A DNA stretch of 41,842 bases from a plasmid. This document shows positions 27,399 through 35,508 of this stretch, one piece after another. How positions within the stretch are numbered: position 1 is the stretch's first letter; every line of letters starts with the position of its first letter. A program made the translations under genes and the position numbers. The stretch lies in the sequence record NZ_CP114581.1. The stretch is one strand, 5' to 3'. The notes under the pieces are model-generated. The model had not been told where the DNA came from. It saw only the letters and a program-made list of their open reading frames with translations, and made no database searches.

Positions 27399-28355
27399 AT
27401 GAAAACGTTAAGACCTAAAAAATACAAGGAAGAAGAATTTTTTATCGCTGATGAAGTTGAAATTTCATCTTTTCGGGATGAGTTAGCCAGTATGGAACAC
27501 CCTTTTTTTGCTTTAAAAGGGGGGGATGATAAAGTTAGAGAATACAGAAATAATAATATTTCTGTATTAGTTAGACCCGCAACTGGAATTGGATTAGCTA
27601 CTGTATTTGATAAAGATATTTGGATTTATGCTATTTCTAAATTGCAACAAGCGATTTTTGAAGGAAAACCGATTAGTCGAACTATCGCTTTTACTCCTTA
27701 TGAATTTTTTGTTACGACGAATCGTGATAAAGGGGGAAGGTCTTATGATGAATTAAAAAAAGCCCTTGAGCGTTTAGCTGGTACTCGTATTCAAACCAAT
27801 ATTGTATATTCATCAGAAAAACAAGAAACAGAAAACTTTGGTTTAATTGATAAATGGAGAATATTAGAAGAAAAAAAAGGACGATTAGATATTGGCATGG
27901 TAGAAGTGACTTTACCTGATTGGCTTTATCAGGGCATTACAAAAAATAAAGTATTAAAAATTAATTCTGATTATTTTCGCATAAGAAAAGCAATAGATCG
28001 ACGTATTTATGAAATAGCAAGAAAGCATTGTGGATATCAAAAATCATTTTCATTATCAATAGAATTATTGCATTTAAAATCTGGCGCTACGTCAAACAAA
28101 AGAGAGTTTAAACGTTCAATTAAAAAACTTAGTTTAGTAAATGATTTGCCTGATTATGAGGTTTTATTAGATGCCGAAAATGATTGTGTGACATTTACTA
28201 ATCGTCATTTTGATGAGTCTCTCGAAAAGAAAATGAATCAATTAGCTAAAAATAAAAATATGATAGAGGAGGTTGTGAGTAATGGTAAATTACCTAAAAA
28301 ACTTCAAAAAAAGGTAGCTACAATTGCAGATAAAATAAGTAAAGAAAAAAGATAG
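27399..28355 (+). CDS. repA: iteron-binding replication initiator protein (Rep)
   Basis: 318 aa, basic, immediately downstream of the iterons. The size and arrangement are typical of theta-type plasmid Rep initiators. Confidence 0.65.
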   Translation: MKTLRPKKYKEEEFFIADEVEISSFRDELASMEHPFFALKGGDDKVREYRNNNISVLVRPATGIGLATVFDKDIWIYAISKLQQAIFEGKPISRTIAFTPYEFFVTTNRDKGGRSYDELKKALERLAGTRIQTNIVYSSEKQETENFGLIDKWRILEEKKGRLDIGMVEVTLPDWLYQGITKNKVLKINSDYFRIRKAIDRRIYEIARKHCGYQKSFSLSIELLHLKSGATSNKREFKRSIKKLSLVNDLPDYEVLLDAENDCVTFTNRHFDESLEKKMNQLAKNKNMIEEVVSNGKLPKKLQKKVATIADKISKEKR

Positions 28356-28364
28356 GGTGTTAAT

Positions 28365-28769
28365 ATGGCTAAAATATATCAATTCCCTCAAGGGAAAGAA
28401 AAAAAAGAAATACAGGCTAAATTAAAAAAATCTCGATCTGTAAAGATAAAAAAAGATATTAAGAAATCATCCTTATCCCATATACTTTCTATGCTGTTTT
28501 TGGGGATTCGTTATTTCTTAGGGGTAACGCTAGATGTACTTTTATTGATGGTAGTCTCTATCATCTCTGTTTTCCGTTATTTGATTATTCCACTCGGTAT
28601 TTTTGCATTGATATTATTCTATTACAACAATGAGAAAATGTGGAATGTAGAAATGACGGTGACAATGGCGTTAATGGTTTCTAGTCTTATCAACCCCGAA
28701 GTTTTACAAGATATACAGCCATTTCAAACATTATTTGGTGTAAAGTCACCACAATCTGAGGCTAAGTAA
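28365..28769 (+). CDS. small membrane protein (134 aa)
   Basis: Lys-rich N-terminus followed by 2-3 TM helices. Starts 10 nt after the rep stop. Confidence 0.4.
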   Translation: MAKIYQFPQGKEKKEIQAKLKKSRSVKIKKDIKKSSLSHILSMLFLGIRYFLGVTLDVLLLMVVSIISVFRYLIIPLGIFALILFYYNNEKMWNVEMTVTMALMVSSLINPEVLQDIQPFQTLFGVKSPQSEAK

Positions 28770-28775
28770 TTATAA

Positions 28776-28857
28776 TGCGATGCAGGATAGCCTAACAACC
28801 GTAAAAATGCTAGCATTTTACTTTTGTTAGGCGGTTGACCTACAGTCGGTTCTTGGG
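28776..28857. promoter_or_regulatory. oriT-like palindromic region, copy 2 (inverted)
   Basis: Reverse complement of 23505..23588 with about 2 mismatches. Contains AAAATGCTAGCATTTT. Followed by RBS GGAGGG and ATG 28865. Confidence 0.5.
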
Positions 28858-28864
28858 AGGGCAG

Positions 28865-29230
28865 ATGAGTTATCTTAGACAGCAATTTTTGACAGAAGAA
28901 GAAAGTAAATTATTAGTTATTTTACAAGAAAATGTAAAAGAAAACTATCATGTTTTTTGTAAAGTGAGATTGAGTGAGTTTTTATATTCTTCTCAAAAAA
29001 TGGGAACATCTGAATTTTTTAATGAATTTGAGATTATTAATAGTATTAATTTACCTTTTGCAATTTATGACACATTAGAGAATCAATTAGTCGCTGCTAT
29101 TAGTTACATTAATCCTATCGAAAAATCGAATTTATTAGAAAATCAAGATATAAAGGTTATTCATTTAACGATGTTAAAAGATACATTAACTAATGGTGAG
29201 CTATCAATGTTTTATTCTGATAGTGTTTGA
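28865..29230 (+). CDS. hypothetical protein (122 aa) transcribed outward from oriT-like copy 2
   Basis: The ORF track starts at 28835 inside the repeat, giving the same MTYSRFLGG as the mobC ORF. The likely start is ATG 28865 (MSYLRQQF...) with a GGAGGG RBS. Confidence 0.45.
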   Translation: MSYLRQQFLTEEESKLLVILQENVKENYHVFCKVRLSEFLYSSQKMGTSEFFNEFEIINSINLPFAIYDTLENQLVAAISYINPIEKSNLLENQDIKVIHLTMLKDTLTNGELSMFYSDSV

Positions 29231-29314
29231 GTTTTAATAACTATAATATTTTATATGTAAAAAATTGGGTGAATATGTCACCCTTAATTTTGCTAGTTAT
29301 TAATTAGTAACTTG

Positions 29315-29518
29315 TTATAATCCTTTTAGATTAACCAAATATTCTTTATTAATTATTCTTAAGTTATCTTTTTCATAATCATCTAATTCGTTACAATCAA
29401 TTTCCGATAGGTTACATTCTTTTAATACACTAGCGGAAAGTTCTGGCTTATCATGCAATTCTTGCAAAACGACAACAGCATGAATAATTTCTAACTCAAA
29501 CTCAGTTAATTGTTTCAT
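29315..29518 (-). CDS. hypothetical acidic protein (67 aa)
   Basis: ORF only. Confidence 0.3.
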   Translation of the reverse strand: MKQLTEFELEIIHAVVVLQELHDKPELSASVLKECNLSEIDCNELDDYEKDNLRIINKEYLVNLKGL

Positions 29519-29624
29519 TATTATTTCTTTTGTTACAGAACTAAATAATCAAAAATCAAGTCCAGTTGCATTTTTATTCATTAATGTATTTTGACTAAAT
29601 TAAAGTAACATATGATTAATTTAA

Positions 29625-29843
29625 TTATGAGCCGAATACTTGTAATATTGTCAGGTGTTCACTCCATGCCTTATAAGAACCATATGAAAAAACAGGCATG
29701 ACAATAATACCGATTACACTTATTATTAATTGGATATTATCCTCTAATCCTCCACTAACACCATTTAAATATAATAATCGAATTGTATTATATAATGCAC
29801 ATATCGCACCAAGCATTAGCAATATTGAAAAAATCAAATACAT
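29625..29843 (-). CDS. small two-TM membrane protein (72 aa)
   Basis: Two hydrophobic helices. Lies 35 nt downstream of the parG-like gene. Confidence 0.3.
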   Translation of the reverse strand: MYLIFSILLMLGAICALYNTIRLLYLNGVSGGLEDNIQLIISVIGIIVMPVFSYGSYKAWSEHLTILQVFGS

Positions 29844-29878
29844 AATAATTATCTTTGTGTTGATATTAAAAAAAGTAT

Positions 29879-30160
29879 TTAAAGTTTAAAAGACTCAAGT
29901 AATGCTAAGTTTTTGCTGTTTTCATCAAGGTTGCTGTAAGCCAATATAGCGGCTTTTAAAATGGCGGTTTTGTTTTGCCCTGCCCTTTCTGCTTCGGTGT
30001 CGAGAATGCTAATTGCGGATTCTGGCAAGCGAAAAGTGGATGGGATAAGTTTGTTTGACGTTGTTGGCCGTTTGTCTCCCGCCTTGATGAATTGGGTTGT
30101 CGAGTTCTTAGTTTTAGTGCTGGAGTCGGTTAAGTCTAAATCGGGTTTTTGAAGTTTCAT
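29879..30160 (-). CDS. ParG-like ribbon-helix-helix partition/centromere-binding protein
   Basis: 93 aa with a flexible basic N-terminal tail and C-terminal RHH (STFRLPESAISILDTEAERAGQNKTAILKAAILAY). Downstream of parA. Confidence 0.55.
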   Translation of the reverse strand: MKLQKPDLDLTDSSTKTKNSTTQFIKAGDKRPTTSNKLIPSTFRLPESAISILDTEAERAGQNKTAILKAAILAYSNLDENSKNLALLESFKL

Positions 30161-30177
30161 TGTATTTACCTTGTTTG

Positions 30178-30225
30178 TACGCTGTAATGATAGTGTAATA
30201 TATGTCTAGCTGTATGTACAGCGTA
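30178..30225. promoter_or_regulatory. operator-like inverted repeats (TACGCTGTA ... GCTGTATGTACAGCGTA)
   Basis: TACGCTGTA (30178) and its complement TACAGCGTA (30217) flank the palindrome GCTGTA-TG-TACAGC. Located in the 243-bp gap between parA and the parG-like gene. Confidence 0.4.
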
Positions 30226-30403
30226 TTAATTCTTTTATAATCAATGTATAAAGTCTGTGAATTAAAGTATTCATACGAACTTGGTATGAATACTTTAGCG
30301 GGTTAGAAAAATAATTTGTCTGCAAAAAGCATAATCCCCACAGCAATAAATAGGATTAAGATATATAGATATTTATTCTCTGGCATTTGGTATATCCCTT
30401 GAA

Positions 30404-31057
30404 TTAAATCAGCCCTATTTCTTTTGCGATTAATTCAATTTGCGCTTTTGCCACACCTAAACTACTTGCTTTTTCTACTTCATGAACACCCACGCCAGCG
30501 TTAACGGCATTTTCAAAAATATCTAGTTCTGAAATTCGATTTTTAAGCGGTTGCAGCCAAATTTCATCGGACTTTAATTCATTCTCAAGCGATACGGCAT
30601 CTTGCAGTTTATGCGACTTAATTCTCGTCATGAGTACGTGAGCTTTTAAGTCACTATTACCATGCTGCTTTTGCGCGGTTCTGACGGTTTTAGTCACATT
30701 CGTTAAGGTGTTTTTTTCTAAAGAGGATGAAGGCTTAACCAATGTGAGCAATACATCAGCCACCGTTAATGCACTTCGAAATTCTGAGCTATCATGTCCT
30801 GCACAGTCTACAACAACCACGTCACAGAGCTTTTCTAGGCGTTTTATTTCATCACTAATATTTCCGAATGCTTCATGAATGGGAATTGCTGAGAAGCCAG
30901 CTTGTGCGCGAATATCAGACCAGACAAACAAGTCTCGGTTTCTATCTGCTTTTAGCATAATCACACTTTTATTTTTTCTTTTAAGCATAACAGCCATATT
31001 GATCGCGGTTGTTGTTTTACCTACTCCGCCTTTATCAGAAGCAAAAACTAAAATCAT
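30404..31057 (-). CDS. parA: ParA/Soj-family partition ATPase
   Basis: Deviant Walker A DKGGVGKTT. The likely start is ATG 31057 (MILVFASDKGG) with a GAGGT RBS; the ORF track's 31099 start adds 14 aa. Confidence 0.85.
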   Translation of the reverse strand: MILVFASDKGGVGKTTTAINMAVMLKRKNKSVIMLKADRNRDLFVWSDIRAQAGFSAIPIHEAFGNISDEIKRLEKLCDVVVVDCAGHDSSEFRSALTVADVLLTLVKPSSSLEKNTLTNVTKTVRTAQKQHGNSDLKAHVLMTRIKSHKLQDAVSLENELKSDEIWLQPLKNRISELDIFENAVNAGVGVHEVEKASSLGVAKAQIELIAKEIGLI

Positions 31058-31094
31058 AAATACCTCGTATTTTCTTTGTATTGTTGTGGTAAAT

Positions 31095-31350
31095 ACCATT
31101 CTGTACTTCTTATGTACTTCTATTGTAAATACATCTAAGTATTAATTGCGTATGTACAGAGTATGCTCATGTTTGTATCACAGTGTACTAACCATGTAAA
31201 TACTAAATCGTATTTATTTTGTATGTACAATGTATGTTCATATGTGTATCACAGTGTATTTTTTGTGTAAATACATTTTTGTGTTTATTATGTATTTACT
31301 TTGTATGTACATTACTGTTATGGTGATGTACATACAATGTATTAATAACG
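31095..31350. repeat. centromere-like repeat field upstream of parA
   Basis: Multiple short repeat families: GTATGTACA (4 copies, one inverted), TGTATCACAGTGTA (2 copies) and TGTAAATAC (3 copies). Confidence 0.55.
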
Positions 31351-31674
31351 TATTTCTTGTAATTTTAAGGCTTTGAGAGGGATTTCGATGCAAAAAATAG
31401 TTTTGTTAAAATGTTTCTTAATTGTTTCAATTTTAACAAAAAACAAACAATGGAATTTTGGCGGTTTTAATAACAGAAATCTTCCTGTTTTAGCAGGTAG
31501 AGAGTATGAGTGACAGGGTAACAGTGATTTTTATCACTAAAGCCAGCGATTTAACATAATGGGTCTTATGTGATCCAGTTTTTTTATTATTAGTATTAAT
31601 TAATGGTAAAATTCACAACAAATAGCTATAATAGACATTCAAGCCATTTTGTACTTTTTTACGGAGTGTTACTT

Positions 31675-31938
31675 ATGGAAATTATTCCTGCTCAACTCGC
31701 CAAAAATCAATTTGGTGATTTACTAATGAAAGCTCAACGTGAACCTGTCCAGATCAGCAAACATGGAAAGCGTGTAGCTGTAGTCATTTCTCCAGACGAA
31801 TATGACCAATTTACACAGTTGAAGTTACAAAATTTAAAATCTATTTTGGCCGAATCTATTGAACAAGCAGAACGGGGAGAGTTACATCATATTGATGATG
31901 TTTTTGCACCTTTAACTAGCAATGAAATTGAAGGTTAA
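31675..31938 (+). CDS. Phd/YefM-family antitoxin
   Basis: Likely start MEIIPAQLAKNQF at 31675; the ORF track begins at 31603. Pattern is typical of YefM. Confidence 0.65.
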   Translation: MEIIPAQLAKNQFGDLLMKAQREPVQISKHGKRVAVVISPDEYDQFTQLKLQNLKSILAESIEQAERGELHHIDDVFAPLTSNEIEG

Positions 31939-31946
31939 TCTTATAA

Positions 31947-32249
31947 ATGAGTGTTCTATTTACCAAGAAAGCAAAAGAGCATATTCGCACCATAAGACGA
32001 TATTCTTTGACCCATTGGGGAAAAAATGTAGCTGAAACTTACATAAATTGCTTAAGAATCACAATAATCAATATTATTGAAAAACAACCCTCTATTGGTA
32101 TAGATCGTAGTGATGACCTTTTTACAGGAATAAGAAGTTTTCCTGTAGAAAGTCATATTATTTACTATCGAGAAGTTGAGAATGGAATAGAAGTATTAGC
32201 AGTATTACATCAATCTCAAGATCCATATATTCATATAAAAAGGGATTAA
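31947..32249 (+). CDS. parE: ParE/RelE-superfamily toxin
   Basis: 100 aa, 8 nt downstream of the antitoxin gene. ParE-like C-terminal region HIIYYREVENGIEVLAVLHQSQD. Confidence 0.65.
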   Translation: MSVLFTKKAKEHIRTIRRYSLTHWGKNVAETYINCLRITIINIIEKQPSIGIDRSDDLFTGIRSFPVESHIIYYREVENGIEVLAVLHQSQDPYIHIKRD

Positions 32250-32389
32250 TTTTTCCCTGTCATATCAATAGAGGAATGATTAATTGTTATATTCATATTA
32301 AACCCTAGCCGTTTTAATGTTTCTTTATGTGTTTTACAAACAACTATGATATATTAATTATCATAGGTACTACGTAAAGGCAGGTTACT

Positions 32390-32908
32390 ATGGATAATAA
32401 AAATCACCCAAATGATCATTTGTTAATTAAGTGGGGTTCAATATTCATCTTTATTAGTGCAATTCCGATATTTATTATTTTTTATTTTAATGATATAGAT
32501 ATATTATTTGCTGTGTATGAAAAAATAAACAATATACCATCAACTTATTCATCAACATATCCAATAATTAGCAAGTTATCATTTTTTTACTGCAAATTAT
32601 CACCATTAATAGTATTGTTATTTTTCATTTTTTGTTATAAGAAACTGACTCTTGTAAAACCTATACCAATTAATAAATTAATAATAAATGTTATTTTTCC
32701 ATGTCTTGTGATTACGATTATTTCTCTATATGTTTTATATTTTTACAATACTGATATATCAGATAGTGGTTGGAGTATACTTAAAACTATATCCAGTAAT
32801 AAACACCTATTATTTGGTTACTATATAGCTATTTTTTTGGGATATTATGTTTGGTTGTTTCTTTTTTTTATTTCATTTATTTATCTTCCATTTAAATCAA
32901 TTCGTTGA
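32390..32908 (+). CDS. polytopic membrane protein, candidate bacteriocin immunity protein
   Basis: 172 aa with 4-5 TM helices and a very AT-rich gene. It is convergent with, and ends 80 nt from, the 3' end of the pore-forming bacteriocin gene. This is the canonical layout for immunity genes of pore-forming colicins. Confidence 0.5.
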   Translation: MDNKNHPNDHLLIKWGSIFIFISAIPIFIIFYFNDIDILFAVYEKINNIPSTYSSTYPIISKLSFFYCKLSPLIVLLFFIFCYKKLTLVKPIPINKLIINVIFPCLVITIISLYVLYFYNTDISDSGWSILKTISSNKHLLFGYYIAIFLGYYVWLFLFFISFIYLPFKSIR

Positions 32909-32987
32909 TAAATAGTGATTACTTAATTTTTATAAAAATAAATGGTTATCTTAGATAGTTTTAACTAAATAAGATAACCAAAAGTAA

Positions 32988-34454
32988 TTAATGAGCTTCT
33001 GGAATAAGTAAGTTGTTAATTTTATCAACAACTTTATCATCAATTAAGGATGCTAAATAACTAATTAACATTATAGTTGCTATAATTGCTAAGGTTGTAG
33101 GTAATGCTCCTATAGCTAAAAATGATGCAATTGATGAGATAAAACTTATTGCTATACTTATCGCTATCCCCGTAGCATATCCACTGATTATCATAGCTTC
33201 CACTTCCAGCATCAATGGTTTCCAGTTACCAGTCTCAAAACCAATAGCTGCTTTTTCGCGAAGCTTTTCAACACTCAAGACTTTACCCAATACCCCGAAT
33301 GACTTACCTAAACGCTGAAAATTTTCAGACAGGATTTTTGTATCCACATGGCGCACTGCATTAGCCAGTACCACTCTATCCGCTTGTTTTATCTTAATAT
33401 TAGGATTACGGTTGATTTTTTCCATCATTTTTAATGCATCAGACAAGCTACGTAATTTCTTTCCCTGAAAGTTACGTAAATCACTAGCGATCTCATTAGC
33501 AATAGTTTTGTATTTTTCCCCCAAGTGTTTACTAATTTTTTCGCCAGTATTAGTGATAATATCTGCCGCTCCCATCAATGCCTCTTTTTCTGCATCTTGG
33601 ATAAATTTTTTATTTTGTGGGTACGATTGATATGCATTAACAACCATTAATTTCGCTAAATTTTCTTTTTTTTCATCTTGTTCAATATTTAAATCTTTAT
33701 AGAATGCATTTAACTGGCGGCTTTCATATTGTGATGCTTTTATAATTTTCTTGGAGAATTTTTCTATAAAACCTAATTTATTTAATGTAAAAATAAATTC
33801 ATATTCCTTTATTTTTACATTATAATCAAGAATATTACTAGGCTCAGTTTTATAACCTAATATTGCAAATCTCTTTACCTCTTCTAATCTATCTTTTTTC
33901 TCATTTGGTATCCCCTTAGAATAGCGATTATAGGTTTTCTCTATATATTCCTCAGAAATATTTTGCACGTTTCCAGCGTCATCAAATGTGACGGTATGAA
34001 TATAATGCCCATTATAAATAGATACTCTAGCCTTATTATTTTTCAAATCAAAATAATCTTTTCTTATTCTCGACGTTAATCTCCCTAAATCTCGATCACG
34101 AGCCAACTTATTATTATAAGGTATCGGTAATTCAAGTTGGTTATTCTGAACATTATTTTTTTTATAATCAACACTATTACCTTTTCCATCAACTTCAATA
34201 TTATTAGTCGTATGACCATTTTGAGGATTAATAATCCTTGCTCCGTGTACAGTCACCGTAAAGTTTAATCCCTCAAGCCCTTCTATTGTTGACGTAGTAT
34301 ATGAAAACGAAGCATTTGGATCACTTAAACTGATAATATTTCTATCTCCTCCATCGCCTTTTCCTACTGGGCCACTACCTAAATCACCTTTACTAGGTCT
34401 ATCGGCAGTCACTGAAAGATGATCGGTCTCTGCTGAATGATTATTTTTACTCAT
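32988..34454 (-). CDS. pore-forming colicin-like bacteriocin
   Basis: 488 aa with a Gly-rich N-terminal domain (GDLGSGPVGKGDGGDRN), a central helical domain, and a C-terminal channel domain. The C-terminus ends in a ~40-aa hydrophobic hairpin (GYATGIAISIAISFISSIASFLAIGALPTTLAIIATIMLISYLASLIDDKVVDKIN). Its flanks (GNWKPLMLEVEAMI..., SLIDDKVVDKINNLL) parallel the colicin Ia/Ib/E1 C-termini, where ENWRPLFVKTETII precedes the hydrophobic hairpin and LIDESLVEKANKFWGI follows it. Confidence 0.8.
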   Translation of the reverse strand: MSKNNHSAETDHLSVTADRPSKGDLGSGPVGKGDGGDRNIISLSDPNASFSYTTSTIEGLEGLNFTVTVHGARIINPQNGHTTNNIEVDGKGNSVDYKKNNVQNNQLELPIPYNNKLARDRDLGRLTSRIRKDYFDLKNNKARVSIYNGHYIHTVTFDDAGNVQNISEEYIEKTYNRYSKGIPNEKKDRLEEVKRFAILGYKTEPSNILDYNVKIKEYEFIFTLNKLGFIEKFSKKIIKASQYESRQLNAFYKDLNIEQDEKKENLAKLMVVNAYQSYPQNKKFIQDAEKEALMGAADIITNTGEKISKHLGEKYKTIANEIASDLRNFQGKKLRSLSDALKMMEKINRNPNIKIKQADRVVLANAVRHVDTKILSENFQRLGKSFGVLGKVLSVEKLREKAAIGFETGNWKPLMLEVEAMIISGYATGIAISIAISFISSIASFLAIGALPTTLAIIATIMLISYLASLIDDKVVDKINNLLIPEAH

Positions 34455-34490
34455 AAAAATTTCCTTTTTTTATTAAAAATCAGTCAATGA

Positions 34491-34510
34491 TACTGTATAT
34501 GCATACAGTA
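34491..34510. promoter_or_regulatory. LexA (SOS) box in the bacteriocin promoter
   Basis: TACTGTATATGCATACAGTA gives CTGT-N8-ACAG, a perfect gammaproteobacterial LexA consensus. The minus strand reads TTGACG-17/18 nt-TATATT(TA) directly followed by the box, 37 nt upstream of the start codon. This matches colicin promoter architecture. Confidence 0.75.
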
Positions 34511-35293
34511 TAAATATAAACCTTATTCCTCCTCACGTCAATTTCTTTCTGAATAATTATTGAATATAAAAAAATCTTATTTTTCAAAAAATTAAAAGGC
34601 GCTATTAGAAAATAATTGAAAAATTGGGGACGTAACGATATTGCTACCATAAGCAATTTAGGGAACGTTTGTTTTGTAGGAAGGAATTAAACACCGTAAC
34701 AACTTTCATGCTCTCCTAAAGTCACGCATTTAACCATATTGTGTCTTACGCGCTCCTCGTTTTTTGATTAGCTTAATTTTTTGAGTAGAGTTGCTGTGGC
34801 TAAAGCATGTTTCATGCAAGACACATTAATGTTGTAACTAAAGGTTCCTAATCTTATTCAAAGAATCTGGAACGGCCGCAACCAATCAGGAAGATGGCCA
34901 TCGCCATTGAGCGATTACCGGCGATTCTATGAATCTTTGTTTTACAGTAAGTTAGGTTTTTTCAGTGTAAAAAATATCAGTGAGTATTTTTGAATGAGAC
35001 AAAAAGACGTTGTATTACGTGAATTTTAGCGTAATGGCAGGGGGATTAGTGGTCAAATTTCACGTAAATGCACCAGATTAATCAGTTATGGAGCGTCATA
35101 GTGCTAATTGCGTGCTGTTTTGTTCAACTTTTGGTAATCTTTCAGCGGGTGCTTGATCCTGTCCGGTTCAAGCATTTAGTGAGAGCCAGATAGAAGAAAG
35201 CCCCGATAAGGTTATTTATTACCATAATCGAGGCTGCAATTCTCTACTTAGCACTAGAAATTGTGCCTCCTAATAAGTTAGGAGTCAAGGAAA

Positions 35294-35440
35294 ATGACCA
35301 AGTACGCCCTGATAGGGCTGATTGCCGTTTGTTTAACGGTACTGTGTTTCTCTCTGTTAATGCGCGATAGACTCTGTTCTATCAGTGTGAATAGTGGGAA
35401 TACAGTAGTTCAGGCAACACTTTCTTACGAAGAACGGTGA
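35294..35440 (+). CDS. Hok/Gef-family type I toxin (PndA-like)
   Basis: 48 aa, MTKYALIGLIAVCLTVLCFSLLMRDRLCSISVNSGNTVVQATLSYEER. It carries the TM helix, conserved Cys pair and GN.VV.A.L.YE tail of the Hok/SrnB/PndA family. Hand-translated; too short for the ORF track. Confidence 0.8.
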   Translation: MTKYALIGLIAVCLTVLCFSLLMRDRLCSISVNSGNTVVQATLSYEER

Positions 35441-35447
35441 TGCCTAG

Positions 35448-35477
35448 CGGGGGAGCATTCCCCCGCATTTTCTTTTT
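35448..35477 (+). terminator. rho-independent terminator of the hok-like mRNA
   Basis: GCGGGGGAGCATTCCCCCGC hairpin followed by ATTTTCTTTTT. Confidence 0.6.
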
Positions 35478-35508
35478 CTGTGTTTAGTTTAGGTTTCAAG
35501 CACCCTTT

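Noticed and set aside
28835-28864. N-terminal MTYSRFLGGQ of the 28835 ORF and the identical MTYSRFLGGK of the mobC ORF taken as evidence of paralogous proteins.
   Set aside because: The identity comes from both ORFs starting inside the duplicated oriT-like repeat. Better RBS-ATG pairs lie just downstream (28865 and 23499), so the shared peptide is probably not translated.
29698-30152. Plus-strand ORFs 29698..29889 and 29961..30152.
   Set aside because: They are antisense to the small membrane protein and the parG-like gene. The RHH-containing minus-strand frame is the supported one.
34870-34925. GC-rich stretch GGAACGGCCGCAACCAATCAGGAAGATGGCCATCGCCATTGAGCG considered as an att/integrase site or small RNA.
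   Set aside because: No flanking integrase, no repeat partner, and only a 12-codon ORF. Probably part of the imported hok-family locus leader or decayed sequence. Not enough evidence to call.
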